NCBI GenBank assembly: GCA_045612545.1
Contig: JAZKZH010000001.1
Location: 54,513-118,512, forward strand
Source of the DNA: Eubacteriales bacterium
GTDB lineage: Bacteria > Bacillota > Clostridia > Oscillospirales > CAG-382
DNA length: 64,000 nucleotides
Direction: 5' to 3'
This document shows, in pieces, positions 54,112 to 63,124 of the stretch. Numbering within the stretch: the first letter of the stretch is position 1; each line of letters starts with the position of its first letter. Both the position numbers and the translations under genes were made by a program. The notes under the pieces are model-generated. The model was not told the origin of the DNA and did not search any database. It worked only from the letters and a program-made list of their open reading frames with translations.

Positions 54112-55218
54112 ATGGGTAGATTGTTTGGCTCCCCGAGCACAGATGGATATCATTCAGTTGGAGAAGATCAAAGACATCTTGCTACCGTTATTATGTACCC
54201 TGAGCGATGTGACATTTGGCGAAATGAGGCAAAATATGCACAAGATTTGATAATTCAAATTGCAAATACAATTATTGAATTTGAGCCTGTTTTAATGTGC
54301 GTTAAGCCGCATATGGTAGAACAAGTTAGACCTAGATTGGATTCACATATCAAGATTTTTGCGGTAGAATATGATGATATATGGGCACGCGATATTGGTC
54401 CTAATTTTGTTGTAAAGGATGGCAATTTGAGAGCTGTTAACTGGCAGTTTAATGCTTGGGGAGGACTCGAAGATGGCGCATATTATCCGTGGAATAATGA
54501 CGACGCTTTTGCGATTAGATTATCTGACTATTTAGGGATAGATTATTATAATGTTGAAGATGTTGTTTTAGAGGGTGGTGGTGTAATCATTGATAGTGCC
54601 GGTACGCTTATTACAACTGAGTCTGTATTGTTAAATAAAAATCGTAATCCTCACAAAAGCAAATCATATATTGAAACATGCCTAAAACAGTACTATAATG
54701 CAGATAAAGTAATTTGGTTACCGCAAGGACTTGAGTTGGACGAAACAAATGGACACATTGACAATGTTTGTGCCTTTGTTGGTGATGGAGAGGTAAGCAT
54801 TGCTTATACAGAAGATAAAAATAACATTCAGTATAATGTTTTGCAAACATCATATAGGATTTTGAGTCAAGAAACCGATGCAAATGGAAACCAATTAATC
54901 ATTCATAAACTGCCATTACCTACATCACAATTTATTACCAAAGAAGAAAGTGCCGGGATTTTGCAAACGAGTTCTTCAACGAACAGAGTAGAGGGCTTCG
55001 AATTGGTTCCGTCATATCTTAATTACTATTTAATTAATGGTGGTGTTCTTGTACCTTCTTTTGGTTGTGATGCAGATGATAAAATCAAGATGGAAATGTC
55101 AAAAATATTTCCGAACAGAGAAGTTATTCTTATTCCGTCAAAAGAAATACTTATAGGGGGTGGCGGTTTTCACTGCATTATGCATGAAATACCGCATGCG
55201 AATAATATTAAATGGTAA
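54112..55218 (+). CDS. Agmatine deiminase / peptidyl-arginine deiminase (PAD_porph) family enzyme
   Basis: WARDIGPNFV, NAWGG, LEGGG, NGHIDN and a C-terminal GGGGFHCIMHE (catalytic Cys region). Confidence 0.8.
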   Translation: MGRLFGSPSTDGYHSVGEDQRHLATVIMYPERCDIWRNEAKYAQDLIIQIANTIIEFEPVLMCVKPHMVEQVRPRLDSHIKIFAVEYDDIWARDIGPNFVVKDGNLRAVNWQFNAWGGLEDGAYYPWNNDDAFAIRLSDYLGIDYYNVEDVVLEGGGVIIDSAGTLITTESVLLNKNRNPHKSKSYIETCLKQYYNADKVIWLPQGLELDETNGHIDNVCAFVGDGEVSIAYTEDKNNIQYNVLQTSYRILSQETDANGNQLIIHKLPLPTSQFITKEESAGILQTSSSTNRVEGFELVPSYLNYYLINGGVLVPSFGCDADDKIKMEMSKIFPNREVILIPSKEILIGGGGFHCIMHEIPHANNIKW

Positions 55219-56114
55219 AGTCGATTATTTCAAATAAATTAGAGGTTCGGAGCAATAGTGATATAAACAATGTTGGAACGTTTGTCAATGAGCAGTTATC
55301 ACAAGACTCGCTTGTATTTATAAAAGGTGGGCATATATTGACAAGAGATCAAATGTATTCTCTTAATAAAATCGATTCATATTGGCCGATTGATGATAAT
55401 TATGTTTTAGCTGCCAAAAACAAAGAAGAATTTTCTCTTGTAAAACTTTATATCAATCACTCTTGCTCTCCTAATTGTGGAATACGCGGTGATATTGTTG
55501 GTGTAGCTATGAGAGATATTTCAGTTGGAGAAGAGATTACTTTCGATTATGCCTTTTTAGACAACGAAGACAATCGCTTTAAATGTACTTGCGGCAGTCC
55601 GAATTGCAGACATATTGTAACGGGTTTTGACTGGCAAATTAAAGAATTACAAAAAACATATCCGGAGTATTTTATCACATACTTGAAAGAGAAAATAAAA
55701 TCGGATTTTTACTACAAGGCTTTTACAGAATCGAATGCTGAAATAGATCTCTTGTGTCAAGAGGTTTTGAGAAATGATACATCCATTTCTTTTAACGAAA
55801 AAGATTGCCTTCATTGTTGTCTGTATTCTAAAGAACAATTAGTAGCATATGCAAGAGTGAAGTTTTGGCAGAATGAAGCACAAATTGATTGCGTTGTGGT
55901 TCGTCAAAGTGAGAGAACAAAGGGCCATGGAAGACAAATAGTATTTTGGGCAGAAACAGAAGCACTTAAGAAGGATATATCCAATGTGAATATATACACA
56001 CCAAAGCAAGGAGTAGATTTTTATAGCAAACTTGGTTATGTGCTTGGCGATAAAACGTCTCCACAAAAAACTTCGGCAAATGTACTGATGAAGAAAAAAT
56101 TAGCACTTGATTGA
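55212..56114 (+). CDS. SET-domain methyltransferase fused to a GNAT acetyltransferase domain
   Basis: SET core INHSCSPNC…EEITFDYAF…FKCTCGSPNCRHIV, then VVVRQSERTKGHGRQIV…FYSKLGY (GNAT acetyl-CoA motif). Confidence 0.7.
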   Translation: MVKSIISNKLEVRSNSDINNVGTFVNEQLSQDSLVFIKGGHILTRDQMYSLNKIDSYWPIDDNYVLAAKNKEEFSLVKLYINHSCSPNCGIRGDIVGVAMRDISVGEEITFDYAFLDNEDNRFKCTCGSPNCRHIVTGFDWQIKELQKTYPEYFITYLKEKIKSDFYYKAFTESNAEIDLLCQEVLRNDTSISFNEKDCLHCCLYSKEQLVAYARVKFWQNEAQIDCVVVRQSERTKGHGRQIVFWAETEALKKDISNVNIYTPKQGVDFYSKLGYVLGDKTSPQKTSANVLMKKKLALD

Positions 56115-56464
56115 TGGCTGTTATTATCGGGATAAGTAATCTTTAATAATTTGATAACTCTCTTCCTCACCACTGGATATTTACGAAAAAGTGTGGTACA
56201 TTGTGTGGTACCACAAGCCAAGGGGGAAACATACATGACCAAGATTACGATTTAAGAATTGTGCTATACGCTGTAATGAGCGAAGTGTTCTAACCGATGT
56301 TCCTCGCATCGCCCAACAAAGAAGGTATGGATGACCAGACAGCTTGGATCTTGAAATTGTCCGCCAGACCTTAATCGCAGCAGAAAAAATGAAAACGAAC
56401 GGTGATAGTATTGCCGAGGAAGAGTTCGGGAATGCAGTCATCGTTTCTATATACGGAAGTTCTA

Positions 56465-56748
56465 ATGAAAACGCTTGGAGAGCTATGGTACGGAAATATC
56501 TCGCCCTTCGAATAATGCACGCGTGGCGATAAGCGGCTCAAGGAAGTACTTTCGCAATGGCGCGTAACCGAGCCGATCTTGAAAAAACACTAAAAAAAGC
56601 AGAAAGAAACGCTTGGAAAGTTCGAGGACTGCATGACTGAGAAGCACAGCATCACCGAGTGCGAGGCATTCGCCTACGATTCCGCTTAGATGTGCAGCTG
56701 ACGACAGAAGACTTCCTTCAGTCGATGGGAGAGGATGAAAACTTATAG
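56465..56748 (+). pseudogene. Decayed copy of the small helical-protein gene (two stops and a frameshift)
   Basis: MKTLGELWYGNISPFE*CTRGDKRLKEVLSQWRVTEPILKKH*KKQKETLGKFEDCMTEKHSITECEAFAY…, then FRLDVQLTTEDFL in another frame. Confidence 0.45.
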
Positions 56749-57152
56749 GAGCCAAAAAGTCATATCCTATATAACTCGTAAAAATGGGGGGCTGTATAAT
56801 GAATCCCCATAAAAAAGTCTCCCCCCCCCTAAAACCACATTTGCTTTTTACCAATACGTTTCTGGAATCTACATACTCTGTTGTAGTTCTATGATCATTA
56901 TTTTGCCACATCCTACGCCTTCATATAAGCACCTATGAATAAGTTTATTAACTCATTTCACTATACGACTATGTTTACATCGCAACAAATCGATAACAAT
57001 TTTATGTGTTCATTCTCGCTTTGTTATAATCAAACACATACGAACTTGAAGACAACTATCGCACACAAATCCTTGCCATTTAATTACAACTATACCCACG
57101 GAACCACACTAACACGAAGGGGGCGAAATATGCAACGAACAAGAAAGGCCAA

Positions 57153-57181
57153 TTGACACGCTTTTGTCGGGAAGTTAATAT
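57153..57181 (+). promoter_or_regulatory. Promoter of the ligase-ACP-rSAM cluster
   Basis: TTGACA (57153-57158), 17 nt, TAATAT (57176-57181). Confidence 0.5.
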
Positions 57182-57239
57182 ATTTTTGAGGCACGAATAT
57201 AGTGTCTCTTTTATTTTTGAGTATAATAGGGAGCTTCAA

Positions 57240-58709
57240 ATGAAAATTGCAGATCGTTTAAAAGAAAAGCAGTACTGCAAGAATGTGGCAGTAGTAGATG
57301 GTACCGTTCAGCTGACATACCAAGACTTGCACAAAAAAGCCTCCACCCTCTCCCAGGTGCTCGCATTTGTATCCAACCGGCGGGAGCACGTGGCAATACT
57401 CCTCCCCAATTCAGCCAACTATGTTGTCGCATACTGTTCTGTTTTGCTGGCCGGAGATGTAGTTGTTCCAATCTACTTCAAGGCAACCGGCGAAGAGATT
57501 AAAAACTCCGTTGAATATTGCGACACAAACATTCTAATCACCGACACCGAAAACTTTGACCGTGTTGAGAATATAGCATTCGATCATCAAGTTGTGGTTA
57601 TCAACATTGATACACTCTCAATGATCGGTTTAGGCAAATGTGGAATCCGTGCCAACCCTCAAAGCCCTCCTCACGTGGCCGTCATGTTAGGAACCTCCGG
57701 AAGCACCAGCACCCCCAAAAGAGTCATGCTTTCCGATGAGAACCTGATTGAAAATGCCGTTGGAATCATTCACTCGTTGCAGTACACCCAGGATGAGCGC
57801 TTCCTGTGTCTTTTGCCGATGACGTTTGCTTCCGGCAATACTTCTCAGCTGGTCGTTTCTCTTTTGCTGACTTCAACCCTGTATATTTATCACGGCCCGT
57901 TGCACCCTAAATTCATTTTCGACTGCATTAAATGCAACCACATCACCAGCACCACGATTGTCCCTTCGGTTCTGAAAGTGCTGTTTTCCGATGGAAAAGA
58001 CTATTCAAGCGAGTGCCCCTCATTGAAAACTATCTGCTTCGGCGGCGGACCAACAGATGACCTTACCATCAGTAAAATTGTAAACAGCCCCATGCGAGAT
58101 AAATTCGTTCAGATGTATGGGCAGACAGAAGCTTCCACAAGAATATCTCATTTGAACTATAGCAAAGACCACGACAAACCCACTTCTGCAGGAAAACCTC
58201 TTTTCAATGTGCAAGTTGCAGTGAAACGGAAGGACAACGTGGAATTCGAAAACGATCTTGTTCCGGGCGAAATTTTAGTCAAAGGTCCAAATGTTATGGT
58301 GGGGTATTACAAGGAAACCAACTCCCCTATTATCAACGGATGGCTGGCTACAGGTGACGTAGGCTATATTGCTCCCGGCGACTACATCTATATTACAGGA
58401 CGAAAAAAGAACATCATTATTTGTTCCGGCATGAACATTCAAGCAGAAGAGGTAGAAAACATTCTTCTGCAACACCCCGGTGTTTCCGAAGCGTTGGTAT
58501 TTGGAATCGATGACTTTGCCCATGGTGAATTGCCGTGTGCGGAAGTCGTTCTTAAGCAAGAGGCAACTGTAGGAGAAAAAGAGTTGAAAGCTTTTTGCGC
58601 CCGGCATCTCTCTGATTATAAAATCCCGGCGCATATTAAGTTCGTAGAAAAACTCGAGCGCACATACAACGGCAAAATTGCCAGAAAAAAGGAGACAAAA
58701 CATGAGTGA
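57240..58709 (+). CDS. Acyl-AMP/CoA ligase (AMP-dependent synthetase family)
   Basis: ATG 57240 follows AGGGAG. MLGTSGSTSTPKRVMLS, YGQTE, TGDVGY and a GRKKN motif. Confidence 0.9.
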   Translation: MKIADRLKEKQYCKNVAVVDGTVQLTYQDLHKKASTLSQVLAFVSNRREHVAILLPNSANYVVAYCSVLLAGDVVVPIYFKATGEEIKNSVEYCDTNILITDTENFDRVENIAFDHQVVVINIDTLSMIGLGKCGIRANPQSPPHVAVMLGTSGSTSTPKRVMLSDENLIENAVGIIHSLQYTQDERFLCLLPMTFASGNTSQLVVSLLLTSTLYIYHGPLHPKFIFDCIKCNHITSTTIVPSVLKVLFSDGKDYSSECPSLKTICFGGGPTDDLTISKIVNSPMRDKFVQMYGQTEASTRISHLNYSKDHDKPTSAGKPLFNVQVAVKRKDNVEFENDLVPGEILVKGPNVMVGYYKETNSPIINGWLATGDVGYIAPGDYIYITGRKKNIIICSGMNIQAEEVENILLQHPGVSEALVFGIDDFAHGELPCAEVVLKQEATVGEKELKAFCARHLSDYKIPAHIKFVEKLERTYNGKIARKKETKHE

Positions 58710-58941
58710 CATCTATCAAACAATTATCGCACAGAACGCCAAGATCAAGATTGCCCCTTCCGAAATCAAGCCCGAAATGCTTCTTACGGAAGATTTGGGA
58801 TTTGACTCTATTGGGTTTGTCACAATGATCGTGGAACTGGAAAATGCATATAACTTCTCCTTCGATCCCGAATTTATTGACCCCGAAAAACTGAAAGCAG
58901 TAAAAGACGTTATTGAGTATGTCAAGAGTATGCTGAAGTAA
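58702..58941 (+). CDS. Acyl carrier protein
   Basis: 79 aa with an LGFDSIGFVTMIVELE phosphopantetheine site. Overlaps the ligase stop by 8 nt. Confidence 0.85.
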   Translation: MSDIYQTIIAQNAKIKIAPSEIKPEMLLTEDLGFDSIGFVTMIVELENAYNFSFDPEFIDPEKLKAVKDVIEYVKSMLK

Positions 58942-58958
58942 CCATTCAGGAGTACGTC

Positions 58959-60215
58959 ATGGATAAATTCAATTCACGCCTTCAACGAGTTTTGGAGACG
59001 GCGTATAATGAAGTCCCCTATTTCAACAATTTGATCAACGACTACATCGAATCTACCGATGAGTTAAAACCGGAATTGATACATAAGCTTCCCGTTTTTA
59101 ACAAACGAACGATTCTTGACATCGGTTGGGAGAACTTTGTTTCGGGAAACTATCTGAACGAGAACTACGAGTTGCGCCTTAGAGGAAAAGCACGTCTCGA
59201 ACGCACCTCCGGGACCACCGGAAATCCAATGAAGATTCTTTGGAACAACAGCGACTTCTTTTCTTCCAATATGAATCATTGGAAATACCGCAGCAAGAAT
59301 TTCAACATCACGCCTAATTCCCGTATGTGTACGTCTTCGAAAACGATTCCGGGAGACGATGTCTTTTACATTGATCCTCGCAGCAATAAAATGACATTCA
59401 GTATTCGGGAACTCAATCAAGATACTGTAAAACGTATTCTTGAAAAAATGAACGAATTCCAACCTGAGTGGCTATACCTCCAGAACAGTATTTTGTTCGT
59501 GTTGGTCTATTTTGCGAGACAGAACGGTTGGGACTTCCCCTCGTCGATTCGATACATCGAATATATCGGGGAGCCGCTGTGCGACTACTACCGCAAAGAA
59601 ATCGCTAAGATGATTCCCGCACCATCCTCCAACATGTACGGCTGTGTGGAAACCAACGGCATTTCATACGAATGCAACGCTGGTAAAAATCACTTGCTCC
59701 CCGATAACGTCATGGTAGAAATCGTCGATAAGGACGGCAACCCTCTCCCGGATGGAGAAACGGGATACGTTTGCGTTACCGGATTGCATAACACGGCAAT
59801 GCCGATGTTAAAATATCGGTTAAATGATTTGGCAAGTATCCACAGTAATCAAGTATGCGCTTGCGGCAATCCAAATCCCACGATCGACATCAAGGCAGGA
59901 AGAATGACTGAATTTATCATTCTTGACGATCCCTCTGTGTATCACGAAGCAGCCCTGTATTGTCCAATCAATTCTGGGCTATCGATTTCCGTACCCAGCC
60001 AAGACGATATCTTGTTCAACATCAAGCTGAATGCTCTTGATGACTATGAAATTCAAGTGTATCAACAGCCAAGTAAAGATATCAATATCCAGAAGCTTTT
60101 AGGCGAACTCTTCCGAGCTTACAGCCTGCCAAATGTCAGATTCACTGTAACCTATAGCGCTTCGGTAGATCATTCCAAGCCCTCCGGACTCCTGAGAATG
60201 CGAGGTGCGAAATGA
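58959..60215 (+). CDS. PaaK/CapK/F390-synthetase-like adenylate-forming enzyme
   Basis: ERTSGTTGNPMKILW P-loop-like motif; ~420 aa, typical for the phenylacetate-CoA ligase superfamily. Confidence 0.7.
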   Translation: MDKFNSRLQRVLETAYNEVPYFNNLINDYIESTDELKPELIHKLPVFNKRTILDIGWENFVSGNYLNENYELRLRGKARLERTSGTTGNPMKILWNNSDFFSSNMNHWKYRSKNFNITPNSRMCTSSKTIPGDDVFYIDPRSNKMTFSIRELNQDTVKRILEKMNEFQPEWLYLQNSILFVLVYFARQNGWDFPSSIRYIEYIGEPLCDYYRKEIAKMIPAPSSNMYGCVETNGISYECNAGKNHLLPDNVMVEIVDKDGNPLPDGETGYVCVTGLHNTAMPMLKYRLNDLASIHSNQVCACGNPNPTIDIKAGRMTEFIILDDPSVYHEAALYCPINSGLSISVPSQDDILFNIKLNALDDYEIQVYQQPSKDINIQKLLGELFRAYSLPNVRFTVTYSASVDHSKPSGLLRMRGAK

Positions 60216-60877
60216 TCACTTGGATTTTGCTCGTACTTCAATTGCTCTGCACTGCGTTAAACTTCTTCTTTGCCAAGACAAAGTTACAGAGGAAGCTCCT
60301 TCTCGCCGTCAGTTACGGCGTTTTAATTGCTTGGTTGATTCATCACGGGTATCAAGACTTCATATCCTTTAATGTGTGGCTTTTGCCCATCAGCCTTGCG
60401 GCCTCTTATTTGGTGTATCTGCTTTCCCTATTCATCGTCGGAACAAAATTTAATGCAGATAACTTGCTGTTGAAAAAAACGTTCCATTTTCGTGGAAAAA
60501 GAAAACACGCCTTTGCGCGTGAAAGTCTGCGAAATCTTTACTCCGCAACCTACGAAGAATTGATCTACCGATGGTTCCTGCAAAATGCATTGTATGAGGC
60601 GACACACAGTGCGATCTTATCCATTCTGATTACCATCGCTGTATTCTTCGCAGTACATTTGAACAGGAAGATCGCCATCGTACAAAAGATCGATATTTTC
60701 ACCTTTTCGGTTTTTATCACCGTATTTTACTTTTGGACGATCAACCCCATCTACTGTATCATAATCCATATTTTGCGGAACCAATTGATCATTTGTCAAA
60801 AGCATGTTGCAGCACAAATCCAAGATGAAAAAATGAGAAACTATATGAAGCTTTTAAAAGAAAGGACTGTAAAATGA
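60212..60877 (+). CDS. CPBP-family intramembrane glutamic protease (CAAX/Abi-like)
   Basis: YEELIYRWF (EExxxR), FFAVHL (FxxxH) and IIHILRN (HxxxN) set in a polytopic membrane protein. Confidence 0.75.
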   Translation: MITWILLVLQLLCTALNFFFAKTKLQRKLLLAVSYGVLIAWLIHHGYQDFISFNVWLLPISLAASYLVYLLSLFIVGTKFNADNLLLKKTFHFRGKRKHAFARESLRNLYSATYEELIYRWFLQNALYEATHSAILSILITIAVFFAVHLNRKIAIVQKIDIFTFSVFITVFYFWTINPIYCIIIHILRNQLIICQKHVAAQIQDEKMRNYMKLLKERTVK

Positions 60878-62301
60878 CACTCACTGCTAAAAAATGCTAC
60901 CTTAACGAAACGCACCTGTTCGAAAAGAACGGCGTGTGCTTCGTATTCTTCCCACAAAACCTCTTGTTGTTCGAAGTTGACGAAAACACCTATGCAAACA
61001 TCAAGGAGCTAAAAGAAAAATACGGCACAACAACATCCTTTATGAGCGATGACGAAGGACTGTTGGAGGCCGGTATCATTTATGAAGCCGAGGAACCCCG
61101 TGGCGATCTCTACAAACAGGGCTACGAGGAATACATGAAGGATCACCCAGAGGATAAGATCCCCCCTATTACCAATGCTGTGCTTCAAATCGCCAACGAC
61201 TGTAATCTTAACTGTATCTACTGCTACGGTGACGGCGGGTCTTACGGACGTGAACGTGAACTGATGACCATGGACACCGCAAAGAAAGCTGTCGATCTCA
61301 TGGTAGCTAACAGCGAAGGCATTAATGAGTTGACCGTGATTTTCTTCGGTGGGGAGCCATTGATCAACTTTGACGTAGTAAAGGGCACCTTGGAGTACTG
61401 CAAGAGCATTGAAGAAGCCTGCGGCAAAACCTTCCGTTACAGCATGACCACCAACGGCACCATTATGAACGATGAGATCTACGATTTCATCAAAGATAAC
61501 AAAGTGTCCGTAATGATCAGCATGGACGGCGGAAAGGAACTGCAGAACAAACATCGTTGCTATTGCGACGGCAAGGGTAGTTTTGAAGATATTCAGAAAA
61601 ATATTGAACGCTTCAAAGAAGCGCGTGGCGGATTCTTGACCGCACGTGCTACCGTTTGCAGTACGGATATCCGTTTCAAAAAGATCAGAGACGATCTGCT
61701 TGCTCTAGGCTTTACCAATGCGGTAACCTCTATGGTAGATACAGCAGAAGACTCTCCCCTGTTCATCGGCGGCGACTACACACAGCGCGTGCTGGAGCAG
61801 TACGAGATCCTCGCGGAGGATTTCATCGAAGCTGTCATCAATAACAAGAAGCAGCTGAACAATATTTTCTCTGAAAAATTGAATCGTCTGTACTTTAAGA
61901 AGCTGAAGATCCGCTCCTGCAACGCCGGCTACGGTGGAATCGCAATCGGTACGGATGGCAATATCTACCCTTGCCATAGATTTATGGGTATGCCCGAGTA
62001 CATCATCGGCAACCTTGAAAACGGTATCGATGAGGTAGCCCGTAGCGGTTACAGAGAAGCTACTATCTATACAAAAGAGGAGTGCAAAACCTGCTGGGCA
62101 AGATATCTCTGCAGCGGCGCTTGCGCACATACGTCTGCAGTCCACGGTGGTGATGTGTTCCATGCTCCCACTTGCTATTGCGATATTTATAAAGGACTCG
62201 ATGAACTTACGCTTTATGCATATTGGAAGTTAAAAGAGTGGGATGAGGATATTTTGAGAAACAGGCTGGAAAAAGCGGATAAACAGATAAGCACATTGTA
62301 A
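60874..62301 (+). CDS. Radical SAM / SPASM peptide-maturase-like enzyme with an N-terminal extension
   Basis: CNLNCIYC at ~residue 110 after a ~100-aa N-terminal domain. SPASM clusters CNAGYGGIAIGTDGNIYPC and CKTCWARYLCSGACAH…CYC. Confidence 0.88.
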   Translation: MTLTAKKCYLNETHLFEKNGVCFVFFPQNLLLFEVDENTYANIKELKEKYGTTTSFMSDDEGLLEAGIIYEAEEPRGDLYKQGYEEYMKDHPEDKIPPITNAVLQIANDCNLNCIYCYGDGGSYGRERELMTMDTAKKAVDLMVANSEGINELTVIFFGGEPLINFDVVKGTLEYCKSIEEACGKTFRYSMTTNGTIMNDEIYDFIKDNKVSVMISMDGGKELQNKHRCYCDGKGSFEDIQKNIERFKEARGGFLTARATVCSTDIRFKKIRDDLLALGFTNAVTSMVDTAEDSPLFIGGDYTQRVLEQYEILAEDFIEAVINNKKQLNNIFSEKLNRLYFKKLKIRSCNAGYGGIAIGTDGNIYPCHRFMGMPEYIIGNLENGIDEVARSGYREATIYTKEECKTCWARYLCSGACAHTSAVHGGDVFHAPTCYCDIYKGLDELTLYAYWKLKEWDEDILRNRLEKADKQISTL

Positions 62302-62370
62302 AGTGTGTTTATTTCCTCTTTCTTTGCTTCCTGTGTTTGTTTCTTCCAGTACCTAATATAGGAGATTTGC

Positions 62371-63111
62371 ATGTTATTCTTACGTTCTTTATGGAAAAAC
62401 AAATATTATCTCGTGTTGGCGACGGTATTAATGGTGGTGGTCTCCCGGGTGTGGGTGGAATCGCCGTTGATTGCGGCGTTGCCGGAAAAGGGATTTATCG
62501 ACTACACGGAATTATTCGTACCGTTTTTGCTGATCCTGCCCATCTCGTTCTTGCTGTATGACAATTTTGAAATCGAGCTGGCGTTAACCTGCGGGGTGAA
62601 GACGGTGAAGCTCATGCTTTACAAATTCTTCTCAGTGATGATCTATACCCTGATCCCCATGGGGGCGTTGGTGGTGCTTTACAAGTACACGGAGTTTGTT
62701 CCCAACGGGCAGACGAAGATCCGGATTCCCATTGTGATCCCGGAGGATTACAAGGTTTATATGGCTATTTCGGCGTTTGTGACGGTTTTGTTCTTTGCAG
62801 CGTTGTTCCTGTTGGTGCGGGTGGCGACGAAGAACTGCTATGCGCCGGTGGGGTTGGGGATCTTGGTGTATACCATTTTCAACACGCTGAACACCAATAT
62901 TCATAGTGGGTATGAGGACATTCGCAAGTGTCTGTTTGACCCGTTCTTGTCCAACTATTTTCTGGGGGACGAGGTGCTGGTGAATTATTACAAGGTGGGA
63001 CCGCTTTGGACGTATAACAGGATCTTGTTCTTGGGGCTTGCGTTGGTGATGTTGGTTGTTACTTACATTTTGTTGAGAAGAGAAAAACTGCATCAAGGAT
63101 TTAATGATTGA
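62371..63111 (+). CDS. ABC-2-type transporter permease-like membrane protein
   Basis: 246 aa with ~6 TM helices, directly upstream of an ABC ATPase gene. Confidence 0.55.
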   Translation: MLFLRSLWKNKYYLVLATVLMVVVSRVWVESPLIAALPEKGFIDYTELFVPFLLILPISFLLYDNFEIELALTCGVKTVKLMLYKFFSVMIYTLIPMGALVVLYKYTEFVPNGQTKIRIPIVIPEDYKVYMAISAFVTVLFFAALFLLVRVATKNCYAPVGLGILVYTIFNTLNTNIHSGYEDIRKCLFDPFLSNYFLGDEVLVNYYKVGPLWTYNRILFLGLALVMLVVTYILLRREKLHQGFND

Positions 63112-63124
63112 GAGGAGTACATAC

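Noticed and set aside
56821-56829. C9 homopolymer tract, considered as a possible slipped-strand phase-variation site.
   Set aside because: It lies in a decayed intergenic region with no intact ORF or promoter element spanning it. A contingency function cannot be argued from the sequence alone.
56935-57156. 73-aa ORF (MNKFINSFHYTT…) upstream of the ligase cluster, considered as a possible precursor peptide.
   Set aside because: It has no Shine-Dalgarno sequence, it overlaps the predicted promoter of the cluster, and its Asn/Thr-rich composition matches the A+T-rich spacer. It has only two Cys and no leader/core organisation.
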